From Candidatus Tenderia sp. (lineage in GTDB: Bacteria > Pseudomonadota > Gammaproteobacteria > Tenderiales > Tenderiaceae): DNA of 60,413 nucleotides. The stretch is taken from contig JANOSY010000008.1 in the NCBI GenBank assembly GCA_031416075.1, forward strand, positions 1 to 60,413, given 5' to 3'. This document shows, in pieces, positions 34,301-43,771 of the stretch (positions within the stretch are counted from its first letter, which is position 1; every line of letters starts with the position of its first letter). The position numbers were made by a program, and so were the translations under genes. Under the pieces are notes generated by a model. It did no database searches. It was given only the letters and a program-made list of their open reading frames with translations, and was not told where the DNA came from.

Positions 34301-35612
34301 TAATTTTTATCACGCTTTCTTTATCATACATTTCATACCCTGAGGAGATATCTGACAGTTCGTTTAAACTGTGTTTAATGATTTTAATGTTATTAATAAA
34401 ACTATCACCACCTCCACTACCCAACAATATGGCTAGATAATGGTGCTTATTAAAATCACCGCCACCATTTTTTGTAAGATAGGTAAGTGTTGAGACCCAA
34501 AACTGTGAGTCCGTCATCACTTGAGTTTTTTTTTGATTCAGAGAAAACAGAACATTCAATAGATTGATATAACCGACAGACTCAGGGGAAAGAATCTTAG
34601 AGATCTCTTTAAGCATAAAAAGTGGCAATACGCTGCACAAACGACTCCATCCTCTATTATCTAGACCATGTTCAAATATTAGCTGTTTCAGAGTTTCTGG
34701 AGTCCTTTTAATCAGTTCTGTCCACAAGGACGTAAACTCATCACAACCCCCATCTTTCATAGCCATGATTAATCGGTCACACATATCCTCAACAGAAGAT
34801 GGAAAAATATTATCAACATCATTTTTATATGTCGACCTATTAAGCGAATCTATCTCGGCATCGAGCATCTGTATAAATCGGCTCCATACTGGCAATGGTA
34901 GGTTGTTCTTTATCAATTGGTTAAACAGATAAGACCATATAACTTCTCTGAATTTTTTACCATCATTCGCTGAAATAACTCTAGAACTCACTTTTTCCTC
35001 TATCAGCTGCCGTAGTCGGACGGGGCGCCCATCAGTAGTAAAAAAAAGAGAAACGACCGTGTCAGACAGAAGAGCATCTGATAATTGTCGTATCAGTCTC
35101 AATAAGAGATGTTGGCAGTTGCTAGAGTGTTTTAGGTAATTGCGAAACAATAACGCATGTGAGAGAAGGACTTTTTTTAGAATATCTTCAATTGTTGCGG
35201 TGGATAAGCTATTGCTATTCCAAGGAAGAACACCATAGACAAGAAAATATTTTAGCTTCTCAAAATCAGCTTCTTGATTATCAACAGGACACCCCGTATC
35301 GCCACGCTCCCGACGGGGAGATACACTATATTCTTCCAATGCTTCTTTAAGCCTTTCTCGCAACCTAACCTCAAGCTCCTCATGTAGATGGGCATATGCA
35401 ATCACTCCAAGGTCAAGTTCCAGCCGCTCAATCGTACAGACGTCACCGGGGAAAAATTTTTTATTAGAAAAACTGGTAAACACCTCATCAACAATCGTTG
35501 ATAACCTATTTTTAAAAAGTATAGATAATTCACTGTTTTGATAAAGTGCGGCTTCCTCATCTGTAAAGTTAAGTTCCAGAGAAGTAGTTTCGATAATATG
35601 CCGATAGACCAC
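31335..35612 (-). CDS. eCIS tape-measure protein (Afp14-like)
   Basis: N-terminal IERLELDLG.I and FL..GVLPW; C-terminal NAG.VL..PYL..LF..LGL...LQYL...EYQL.LNKILCG...FLQREG.L...DMLLDQLPW. Confidence 0.85.
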   Translation of the reverse strand: MVYRHIIETTSLELNFTDEEAALYQNSELSILFKNRLSTIVDEVFTSFSNKKFFPGDVCTIERLELDLGVIAYAHLHEELEVRLRERLKEALEEYSVSPRRERGDTGCPVDNQEADFEKLKYFLVYGVLPWNSNSLSTATIEDILKKVLLSHALLFRNYLKHSSNCQHLLLRLIRQLSDALLSDTVVSLFFTTDGRPVRLRQLIEEKVSSRVISANDGKKFREVIWSYLFNQLIKNNLPLPVWSRFIQMLDAEIDSLNRSTYKNDVDNIFPSSVEDMCDRLIMAMKDGGCDEFTSLWTELIKRTPETLKQLIFEHGLDNRGWSRLCSVLPLFMLKEISKILSPESVGYINLLNVLFSLNQKKTQVMTDSQFWVSTLTYLTKNGGGDFNKHHYLAILLGSGGGDSFINNIKIIKHSLNELSDISSGYEMYDKESVIKIIDDIDSSGYLTFFNTKDMELENKKIRLISIISGREIDKDRKYWGFILSNDPEFLVNTLKDQLSLVKNIKIFSKVVDRIMLTDIVNLVAPSSMHNFLFIEKYFNTLSSGVGYVSVNTRQHIFNELLLRYLFVHKNISSTLKICIDIIMAMLSDYDDRSYSALLKVVISKMSRDSHHKEDVSSILNVCIELLNESNDTVMRPSRFSYCKNIKMLPHIFNAVENGGGYPPNVDNYVKVSHQFIKRYIPKHLLRESLDAENNYIYAGYLEKNEFELSNSVDVKNELFYNDGLLSNHFSHKPDFFIGYDIDNDLRSEISYVNGKEVNDSFSLMIETLVDNHPMLFLRFYRDLQSGGVDFGSVTSKLSVLALNTFIRSVFSVTNVSDVSGVDFLQAMDAFSRRSKNKRDYYSQVLWHLISDRVIDFEKLVFSISMSEEDGGNVNDFYKISSDADENYALINKTELLISEFIFLIKSGGASKINVVDMIKLSEDIYENNLCILKEYILNKTSGIQIGNQVFEVLKSIRNSRFSISGLRSLVHSVFVAINPTDINGFLQRIDKFSRRIVNKRKYYIDIFEFLIRDETIIFDESFKSNVVNYGNDIGFFEKDYDSGVINCYVDKKKSLLDEFIFIIELDSVEKMNSNRFIEVTEWLIENDSIKLRRYLIDALPDANAGWALSILLPDRLLCRLLYILQKISCESILTYAEAMTTACYGLSSDVSSVTLRQEMWRFIFNFIFVKGFLFNKDRFIREYFLCLEESLGRRNRASFSSEILQVLILNIGGSGPKIYQEIAKAMNNSMDMVRTIPSPLVEEYEKTHVDVDRDDRNIENIYIINAGQVLVSPYLSRLFEMLGLMKNFKFKDSAAAERGVHILQYLVDENCDAPEYQLVLNKILCGVKTGIPIVRSVIISESERTLVNSLLEGMIQNWKAIGNTSVLGFRQSFLQREGRLQRNEKGWYLLVQARSYDMLLDQLPWSFSLIKQPWMETVIHVEWR

Positions 35613-35618
35613 GCTTTT

Positions 35619-38066
35619 TTAAACTCGATGCTGAACAAGAAAACTGGTCAGGTCAATAGCCAACTCATCACACGCCTTTGGGTCGGCGGCTTGACGACGC
35701 TTTAAATAGCCCCACTTCTCGTAAATCCTTTCAAATTCACCCAACGCATCAAACTCTAGCCAGTAAAATTCAGGATAAACATGTGCAGGACAGCTCTCTC
35801 TAAGTGTCAATTCTGCAAGGTGTCGAAAATGTTTGTCTCGACTTCGAAGAGTCCATGCCGGTAATAAAATGGAAATCCTGAAATCATAAAATCCCTGCTC
35901 TTTCCACTCCAGAGTAGAGGCGCTCTGGGTGCTTGTGGGCATTAGTAAAACATGTTCCAGCAGGTAAATTCCTTCGCTTTCTATATTCAGCCGCAATATA
36001 AACTGCTGAAAATTATTTATTGAATGAATAGCACTCTCTGTATCGGTATATGTGCCCATGTACCATCCAGTGCTGCCATTATCAATCACAACAAATGCAT
36101 CAATCTTCTGACAATCATTCCGATTTATCAGTCGATATTGGTTGATGTTAACGCCAACATGTAACAATAGCTCACTAATCATCCCCGTTTGCAGAGGAAC
36201 AACATCACGCAACTGATTATACAACGCAGTCAAAGAGATATTCTTATCAATATTGACCACTGGCACTATTTTATACGGTACATGAAGGTTATTTATATTA
36301 ACCAAACGGTAACCATCATTGTCTTTATTTAATGCCAGGTAATAGTCGTGTGATACCAGTGCGATGTTTTGCGTGGAAAATGGTGCTGTCAACAATCTAG
36401 GGTGGTGTAGTTTAAAACCCAGCTGCCGACTCGCCCGTTGCTGAAGCCCTGAGACATTATTAACGTCATCCCACATGTCAAGCGTGTAATCGATTCCCGC
36501 ACCACGATCACGGCCAATTTTAATGATATGTCTAAGATAATCTATCTTGCTACTTACTATGTATTGACACAACTCATCATCACTGTAGTAGTGATTAAAA
36601 TGACGCAAAGCGTCCAATGTTAACCGCTCGCCATAAAGTGCCAAGAGGTAATCAAGAACACGGCTCTTTCGTTCAACTGAATTGTCGTAACATGAAATTA
36701 AATCGGCAATAATTTCTGATGGATTATCTGGATATATTTTTCCCACATCACGAATCACAGTTTCATTCAGCAACGTAGATGAGTACGAATGCTCTCCACT
36801 GTTTAGTGAGAATAGGTCACCGACGGAGCTAAAGTTAGCCATTGAATTGGCCATCAGCTGTTCAAATAGGAGTAGATAGCCTTTAAGTTGCAGAACCTTT
36901 GCTTTAACATCACTGCCTGCAGACTCCGGAACCCCATAACGGTTCACCCCATAAACATTAGGAAAATGATTCTGGATTGAGTAATAGTCCGCAATATTAC
37001 GAAAGGCTCCTTGTGGAGCTTTAACAACTTCACCACTGCTATATACTCTAGAGCGGGCAATTTTATGCTGATGTGTCAACTCCTGATAACGATCGCATAA
37101 ATCACTCAGAACAACCGATATGGACATGCGACTTTCGCTTAAACGAATACCCATTTCGGCATTTGTCGTTGGTAAATGCAGTCGAAGTGTCGCCTGAGGT
37201 ATCTGATGTGTTTCCGTTTTAGAATACAACTCACGATCATAATTCAGATATAAGCTTTTGATGTGATCAACACCCTCAATGCCATTAATAATTTCAAACA
37301 ATGAAGATACTAGTAACTCACCATGATCTCCATCCAGGTCTTGATCATCAATATAGCCGTGATGCGTCCATGGACCACAAAAAAGTTCGTCAAGTGTCAG
37401 CCCTTTCTGAAGCAGCAGGTCATAAGAGCCAGGGGTAATGCAACCACCAATATATTTTGAGCAACGATAGTATATTTCGGCCATTATCTCAGCCGCTGAG
37501 CGGCCACGCTTAACTTCGATTGCCGCATTCAAACTGCAATCAACTTCGCGCATAATCACAATTTCTTGTACATCTTCAGACAGATTTCGTTGTTGTAAAT
37601 AAGCACAACGAACTTTCTCAATCACCACTCCATACTGTTCCAGGGCCAACGGCTCGCACAATCTGACCGCTATCCGATATAACCCCCGCCCTGCGCTAGC
37701 GTGGCTAATCCAGACATTATCTATCTCCATCACCACATCAAGTATTACCTTGCGGTAATCTTGTTCCGTTGTCGCACGGCTGGGATAGATCTGCTCAGGG
37801 CTAAACAGCGCCAGTCTCTCGTAATCGATCCTACCATTTTCGTCGACCAGACAATCTTCAACATCAAAACCGGCACGATAGATCAGATCTGTAAGTGCAT
37901 AACAGAGCTGTTCCAGAATCGTAATTCCTGGATCATGGGGGTTATAGTCTGTCCAACGCAGGCCCGATAACCGTTGAATCGCATCAATGCCTTCACGACG
38001 CAAGCTCTCGTAGCTATTGTTATCATCTTTGCTATTGCGCCGCTTTATAGAGACAGCATCAGTCAT
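35619..38066 (-). CDS. eCIS baseplate wedge protein (Afp12-like)
   Basis: WTDYNPHDPGITILEQLCYALTDL.YR, YYSIQNHFP..YG, QLKGYLLLFEQL, LEHVLL...PAHV. Confidence 0.88.
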   Translation of the reverse strand: MTDAVSIKRRNSKDDNNSYESLRREGIDAIQRLSGLRWTDYNPHDPGITILEQLCYALTDLIYRAGFDVEDCLVDENGRIDYERLALFSPEQIYPSRATTEQDYRKVILDVVMEIDNVWISHASAGRGLYRIAVRLCEPLALEQYGVVIEKVRCAYLQQRNLSEDVQEIVIMREVDCSLNAAIEVKRGRSAAEIMAEIYYRCSKYIGGCITPGSYDLLLQKGLTLDELFCGPWTHHGYIDDQDLDGDHGELLVSSLFEIINGIEGVDHIKSLYLNYDRELYSKTETHQIPQATLRLHLPTTNAEMGIRLSESRMSISVVLSDLCDRYQELTHQHKIARSRVYSSGEVVKAPQGAFRNIADYYSIQNHFPNVYGVNRYGVPESAGSDVKAKVLQLKGYLLLFEQLMANSMANFSSVGDLFSLNSGEHSYSSTLLNETVIRDVGKIYPDNPSEIIADLISCYDNSVERKSRVLDYLLALYGERLTLDALRHFNHYYSDDELCQYIVSSKIDYLRHIIKIGRDRGAGIDYTLDMWDDVNNVSGLQQRASRQLGFKLHHPRLLTAPFSTQNIALVSHDYYLALNKDNDGYRLVNINNLHVPYKIVPVVNIDKNISLTALYNQLRDVVPLQTGMISELLLHVGVNINQYRLINRNDCQKIDAFVVIDNGSTGWYMGTYTDTESAIHSINNFQQFILRLNIESEGIYLLEHVLLMPTSTQSASTLEWKEQGFYDFRISILLPAWTLRSRDKHFRHLAELTLRESCPAHVYPEFYWLEFDALGEFERIYEKWGYLKRRQAADPKACDELAIDLTSFLVQHRV

Positions 38067-38869
38067 TTTTGATTCATGCCTGAATCCACTGGACGCGGTA
38101 TGGAGCCGCTCATGACATTATCAAACCAAAGGTTGGTAATGTAATAACGAATCTGGCAATCATTACCATAATTACTACGTGACCGTAACTGTAAATAATA
38201 CTCTGTTCCCGTACCCACCCAGCGCAATTTTAGTCGGTTCCCCATAGCATTGTAGTATGCATGGTGATATTTAACTCTTTTTTTAAAATTCAAAAAATTA
38301 AAAAATATTCCTTTTGGGTTAAATGTATTCATCGCAATTGCATGCATAAGTGCATACCGACCTGTCCCCTTATTTCCCGCGCCCGCCATCACTTCAAATG
38401 CGTGACAACCGCTGAGTGGACCAGTGATCGTGTGCCACACTCCATCAGCAGGGATAGTCGGCTGATTTTCCAACGCTACGCCAATCCGGCCTTGCGAGCG
38501 GACTACTCCATCAACATCCAGATCCCATTCAGGGTCTTTTTTATTAATCCCCACTTTTTTATCCGGAGTCATCACCAAAACAGGCGCTGCCTTTTTGTCT
38601 TCATCCAACTTATTAAAAATCAGCTTATTTTGATCACGATCGTAACTGATCGACCATAGCGGACTGTCTGGGGAGCTGTTTCTAAGAAAACTCACCAAAG
38701 TATCATGAACGCCAATAGAGGATATTTCAAAGCCATTTTCAAGAGACTTGTCAAATCCCTCATCAATTGTATTGAGTGATGAGTCGATGAGATCCCCAAA
38801 CTGATCTGCAGAAGGCAGAGCGCCCTCACGAAAAAAATTTTTTAATGTGCTTCTGTTTCGCTTAGCCAC
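38063..38869 (-). CDS. eCIS short tail-fibre/adhesin (Afp13-like N-terminus)
   Basis: RSTLKNFF..GALPS..QFGDLIDS.LN shoulder motif and a VGIN...P...LDVDG fibre repeat. Confidence 0.72.
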   Translation of the reverse strand: MAKRNRSTLKNFFREGALPSADQFGDLIDSSLNTIDEGFDKSLENGFEISSIGVHDTLVSFLRNSSPDSPLWSISYDRDQNKLIFNKLDEDKKAAPVLVMTPDKKVGINKKDPEWDLDVDGVVRSQGRIGVALENQPTIPADGVWHTITGPLSGCHAFEVMAGAGNKGTGRYALMHAIAMNTFNPKGIFFNFLNFKKRVKYHHAYYNAMGNRLKLRWVGTGTEYYLQLRSRSNYGNDCQIRYYITNLWFDNVMSGSIPRPVDSGMNQK

Positions 38870-41800
38870 AACGATGGGTTCCGTTAATTATAAAGGTGCT
38901 GCCAATCTCAATTTCACCAATGCCAGTGGGCTCTGCATCAATGTGTCTTATTTTATTTATTGTCTCGATATAGTGATTCCGAGTGGGCACCGCCAGACTC
39001 CAAGGATAACTTGGTGTGATTCTGTCATCATTATCAACACCTAACAAAGGGGACCAGGCTACATCATCACCCGGTTTATACGCCATTGTTGAGCGTGCAG
39101 TATCCCCCAACACAAAACTATCACAGCCCTCTTCTGTGATATGAAGCATAGAAAAGTTGGTGACATAATCAACATAGTCGAGGGTGCGGATGTACGATTC
39201 AATATCTTCGCTACGAATCGCCCAGCCAAATTTTGCTTGGTACCCACTTTTTTTCCAGGGACAAATATAGTTCGTAATATCATTATCAAGTCGCGTGGTA
39301 TAGAGTCCATTTAATTGAGAGTTTCTAAATTTTACCGTACAACGCACTTGAATTCGTTCATACACGGGATTGCGCACTTCAATAGTGGCAAAAGATGATG
39401 ATAGCTGGCGCACGTAGAGCGCAATTTTTTCCAACTCAACTGCATTGATCATCGATGCAGAACAGCCATCTTTCTCTGAATCTAGCAGGTAAGGGACGAC
39501 TACCACCAGTAAATGGCCTGGTCGTGGATTTTTATTTGCTGAGTTCATATGGCTAAAACATTTAACCTTGAACACAGAAGGAAAATGCTCCATCACAAGG
39601 TGTTCATAATCCCAGGCTGTCGTGGCACGTTGCTTGTGGCGCAACCGTTCACTCATTCGAACTTTCAGTTGTATAGAATCTTCATACTGTCTACCTGCTA
39701 AAACAGCACCAATTTGAGTTATTTTCCCTAGCCCCGTTATTGAGGACATCGGTTGCCAGGCTCGTATTACACCTCCACTAGACTCACTATTATCACTGCG
39801 TCGTACACGTAACGCGTGTGTATGAACTGCACGAAGATTACAAAAAGCGCTTAATTCCCCACTACTGGATACCCTTAACCAATAAAATCCTTTTGGCATA
39901 ATGGTGTTTTCTTTGCTGATCTCATCAGGGAGGTTAAGCGTGATAATACCTGATGATAAAAAACCATTTGTTGTATCAGCTACCAGCTCTGATTGTATTA
40001 ACGGATGCCAACGGTTATTAGCCAAATAAGACCAGTGCAATTCAGGTGCATGATTAATAATTGTACGCAACGAGTCTTCAGAAAGATCAAAAAAAAGTGT
40101 GATCAATCCATTGATATTGGTTGCGGATAATCCTATATGGAGATGTCCATCATGATGATAGGTAGGCAATAAAGGACATCCTGCCTCAATCATCGTTGTC
40201 TCAATTCTTTCAATGCCAAAAGGGTGAAGGTGAAAAAATTTATCCACCACATCATCATCAACAGATGTCACAATATCCACACCAATAATACTACTGGCAC
40301 GATAATTTAGTGTCATCTGGTTGATCAGTGGTACATAGGGGGGATTGGGGATTGGCTTAGGTTTTTTGGAACGGGAATTTTGCGATAAAATACGTGTCAG
40401 AAGCGCGGAATAACTACTGTAGCCAAATGGATCCGTCGCCCCCGCCAACATCAAGCGATACAGGCCGCTCCGGCTTTTACTATTAAGTGAGAATTCATCT
40501 TCGCTAACAGCAGCCGAAATAGGTTTGGCGTAACTCAGAACACTGATATTCAAGTGTCTAATCTCAGATAAATGGTCTGACATTAACTCGCTTTCAAATA
40601 GTGGTGTCTGGTATTTTTTGTCACCCTGTTCTGGCCACCAGCGCCCATTTTGTAGAACAGCAATATCGGCGAAAAAACCACCATTATAATAAACATCATC
40701 ATACCCATCGTAGTGTGATGTAAACCCACCCTTGCCACGTGGCAAACCACCCCATTCAACATTAATCCTCATATATTGAATATTTTTTATAGCCACTTCA
40801 TGGCTACCAAATGAAAAATAGGCGCTTACATTTGGAATTGGGCCAAAAGGATTAAAGGGCTTGCTAATATCAACTTGTCCATAACTGTTATATCCCAGTA
40901 TATTTCTAACTCCCTCAACGTCGACCTCTATTTTAATCTCTTTAAATAAAAACTCATCAAACAGTGAGTAGGGGTAAAAATTGGCTCGCGGATTCACATG
41001 CAACTGCATAACAGGCAAAACTGTTCGCCATTTATCCCCATGAATTTTTTTATCACATGGGATAATCGGCTCGACATCTGGCCCAAGCATCATCACAATC
41101 TGACATCCGTTTTCTATGTGATTAGCGAGCGCAAAAGCGGGGGTCACAATGCAATCTGTTAACTGGTGCCAACCCTTTTCCGTTGTTAAAGTGATATTAA
41201 ACATCTGTTTTGTTAATTTATAAAACAGAGTACTTCGATCTTGACTCAGTAGATCATGTATTACTGTAGATGATTCTATTGAGAGTAATTGGCGCGCAGA
41301 TGCCATGATAATCTGTTTTTGATCTTCATCCAGCCACTGCTGCTGACTTAAAAGATAACGACTAAAGATTCGCCCAAAGTAACGCATAAACCGTACTTCA
41401 GAGTCTGAACACTGCAGACAGGCCAGCAGGTAAAGTTTATAGATCAGACTACGCTGCACATTTATATCGCCACTGGCTATCTCTTGCAGCTGTGTTATTG
41501 CCACGGTCGCAGTCAATGCTTTCGCCCTATCAGCCTGACGAATACGTTCAACACGATCTGTGGGGCGAGCCTCTAGCGACAAAAAATGGCTAAAGAGATG
41601 AATAAAAAGCTTTTCAGTTTGATCAGATGCGTCGGTGGCGGCCACGTTGGCACTCATATAATCACGAAAAGCTGCCAGTCCCATCCCCAAATTAACCGGA
41701 TCATCCAGTGTTATTGTTAATGTAATCTTTCGCCGCCCCTCTTTCAACATCAACACAGATGAGGCAACAGCAAAACCCAGTGTTGCATTCTCTGCAGCGC

Positions 41801-42977
41801 CAGCGGCGGTACCTCGTGAAGACGAGCCAAAAATAGGCCACGCAATAGGTCGATCATCCGACATAACCATCTGCGCTGACGGCAACGTATGTGCTTTAAT
41901 TCGTGTTACATAATTCAGTTCGTGCTCTGGTGATATTAAAGTATCACGCTCAAGATAGAGTGTATTAACGATACTGACACGGGCGTCGGTTACCGTCAGC
42001 ATGTTATCTGCCAGATAGATAATATCCTGAAGCTTCTGGTCCTTTCCTGCGCTAAACTCCATACCTTGTGGAATCACAACAGTACTGCTGTTACCTTCTG
42101 TGGTGAAAAGCAAATGGGCACTATCCGGCACCCGCTCACGGACCACTGCATGCAGTACCTGTCCATAATAAAAGTCCAGATGGCGTTGGGTAAAGCTATT
42201 TATCCTATTCTGCAAACACCGGAACAGTTGCAAAAAAGTAATGAACAGCCCCAACGCTGGATCATGGCTCTGGCTCTTTAAACTTGCATCCAGTGCCGCT
42301 GCAGCCATCTCTTTTAATTGGCTTATGCCATTCAAAAGTGAATAGAAAGCAGTACGCAGTACCATGTCAAGCTTTGCACTATCCTGCATTGAAAAATAGC
42401 GGGCACGTGAAAATGAGTAACCCTGTTCGAGTTTCACAACGCCCCACTCCAAAGAGAACTGCTCATAATCAATAGACACAGTAGCAACACCTTCTGTGCG
42501 CAGATGCTCTGCTATCGTCGCTATGTCATGAAGGTTATCTGCCAACCGCGTACTAATCATCGCGGCTAATTTTTTACCCAGCATTACTCCTGAGTCATGT
42601 TCCGCCAATTTTAGCCGTTGATGCCAACGGTCAATCTCTCTGATCAACATTAAGAGAATCGCCACACGTTCGGTATAGTCCTGTTCTCTATAACGCAGAT
42701 ATTCCGATTCACTGCGACCCGTATCTTTACTCAGGATAAGCGCCATAATCACCGCCTCATCCCGCATAAACAGCTCACCCCAATGACCATTTTCTTTATT
42801 TTCAAGGTCATAAAAGCGCAGTACGGATGCAAGCTCTGACGAGAACGCCAGCATCTTTTCAAAACCCAGCTCATCGACATTAAAATAATCAGTCATCAAT
42901 GCAATGGGTAAGCGGTGCTCCTGATCAGGACCATCCCCCGTCATCAAATCCTGCCAGTTATTAATAGTGATGCTCAT
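38862..42977 (-). CDS. eCIS baseplate J/gp47-like protein (Afp11-like)
   Basis: DPALGLFITFL.L......N.FTQRHLDFYY..VL; RMSERLRHKQRA...WDYEHLV...FP. Confidence 0.9.
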   Translation of the reverse strand: MSITINNWQDLMTGDGPDQEHRLPIALMTDYFNVDELGFEKMLAFSSELASVLRFYDLENKENGHWGELFMRDEAVIMALILSKDTGRSESEYLRYREQDYTERVAILLMLIREIDRWHQRLKLAEHDSGVMLGKKLAAMISTRLADNLHDIATIAEHLRTEGVATVSIDYEQFSLEWGVVKLEQGYSFSRARYFSMQDSAKLDMVLRTAFYSLLNGISQLKEMAAAALDASLKSQSHDPALGLFITFLQLFRCLQNRINSFTQRHLDFYYGQVLHAVVRERVPDSAHLLFTTEGNSSTVVIPQGMEFSAGKDQKLQDIIYLADNMLTVTDARVSIVNTLYLERDTLISPEHELNYVTRIKAHTLPSAQMVMSDDRPIAWPIFGSSSRGTAAGAAENATLGFAVASSVLMLKEGRRKITLTITLDDPVNLGMGLAAFRDYMSANVAATDASDQTEKLFIHLFSHFLSLEARPTDRVERIRQADRAKALTATVAITQLQEIASGDINVQRSLIYKLYLLACLQCSDSEVRFMRYFGRIFSRYLLSQQQWLDEDQKQIIMASARQLLSIESSTVIHDLLSQDRSTLFYKLTKQMFNITLTTEKGWHQLTDCIVTPAFALANHIENGCQIVMMLGPDVEPIIPCDKKIHGDKWRTVLPVMQLHVNPRANFYPYSLFDEFLFKEIKIEVDVEGVRNILGYNSYGQVDISKPFNPFGPIPNVSAYFSFGSHEVAIKNIQYMRINVEWGGLPRGKGGFTSHYDGYDDVYYNGGFFADIAVLQNGRWWPEQGDKKYQTPLFESELMSDHLSEIRHLNISVLSYAKPISAAVSEDEFSLNSKSRSGLYRLMLAGATDPFGYSSYSALLTRILSQNSRSKKPKPIPNPPYVPLINQMTLNYRASSIIGVDIVTSVDDDVVDKFFHLHPFGIERIETTMIEAGCPLLPTYHHDGHLHIGLSATNINGLITLFFDLSEDSLRTIINHAPELHWSYLANNRWHPLIQSELVADTTNGFLSSGIITLNLPDEISKENTIMPKGFYWLRVSSSGELSAFCNLRAVHTHALRVRRSDNSESSGGVIRAWQPMSSITGLGKITQIGAVLAGRQYEDSIQLKVRMSERLRHKQRATTAWDYEHLVMEHFPSVFKVKCFSHMNSANKNPRPGHLLVVVVPYLLDSEKDGCSASMINAVELEKIALYVRQLSSSFATIEVRNPVYERIQVRCTVKFRNSQLNGLYTTRLDNDITNYICPWKKSGYQAKFGWAIRSEDIESYIRTLDYVDYVTNFSMLHITEEGCDSFVLGDTARSTMAYKPGDDVAWSPLLGVDNDDRITPSYPWSLAVPTRNHYIETINKIRHIDAEPTGIGEIEIGSTFIINGTHRCG

Positions 42978-43007
42978 GCGACCCTACCTGGAACATTGGC
43001 TGTGCAA

Positions 43008-43433
43008 TTAGAGACGAACATTGGACCCTTCAAGCATATAGAATGGGTAGACAATATTACTGCGGGTATTGGTTGTCCTAATGGTGTAGTCCAGCTTAAC
43101 TTTGATCACACCATCATAGATCTCCTCATCATCCACCTCGACGCTGTTAACGCTAATCCGCGGTTCAAAAAAGAGCACAGCTCTTTCAACCACATCTTTA
43201 ATCTCTGTGACTGTGCTCTCGTTAATATGTTCGAATACCAATGACTTCAAACGGCAACCATAAGAGGGGTTCATCACCCGTTCACCAGGTGCGGTGGAAA
43301 ACAAAATATTCAAACTTTGACGAATATCTTCATCTTCAGTCACCATTTGCGCTCCTTTATTACGGTTGCTGAACTCAGGAGGAAATGACCAGCCTTTACC
43401 CAAAAACGCTTTATCAAGTGTCTCATTTACCAT
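43008..43433 (-). CDS. GPW/gp25-family baseplate protein (Afp9-like)
   Basis: FLGKGWSFPPEF, DIRQSL.IL..T.PGERVM.P.YG, FEPRI, TNTRSNIVYPFY. Confidence 0.93.
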   Translation of the reverse strand: MVNETLDKAFLGKGWSFPPEFSNRNKGAQMVTEDEDIRQSLNILFSTAPGERVMNPSYGCRLKSLVFEHINESTVTEIKDVVERAVLFFEPRISVNSVEVDDEEIYDGVIKVKLDYTIRTTNTRSNIVYPFYMLEGSNVRL

Positions 43434-43437
43434 TTTA

Positions 43438-43737
43438 TTACCCCCCTATTATCACTGTTGGGCAACCTAATACCACCGTACCACCATGTGCAGTAGTATC
43501 ACCCAATCTAGCCGCTGGCTTACCTCCTATCATCACTGTCATTGACCCTTTCACAATAGTGTCTGGTGGACCAACACATACACAGCTATCACCCACCACA
43601 GCAGCAGGCAACTTGCCAATCAGCACTGTTGGCACACCGGGTCCCACCACTGGCCCACCTACATGGGGGATAGGAGGGAGCCCCGGCGTCACCATCGGAC
43701 AGACATGCATATCAGTGATTCTGGAAGCAGGTGGCAT
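43438..43737 (-). CDS. PAAR spike-tip protein (Afp10-like)
   Basis: MPPASRITDMHVCP, GKLPAAVVGD, GGKPAARLGD..AHGG. Confidence 0.95.
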   Translation of the reverse strand: MPPASRITDMHVCPMVTPGLPPIPHVGGPVVGPGVPTVLIGKLPAAVVGDSCVCVGPPDTIVKGSMTVMIGGKPAARLGDTTAHGGTVVLGCPTVIIGG

Positions 43738-43771
43738 TTATCTATCCTTGCTTGTCATAACAACAATCGTA

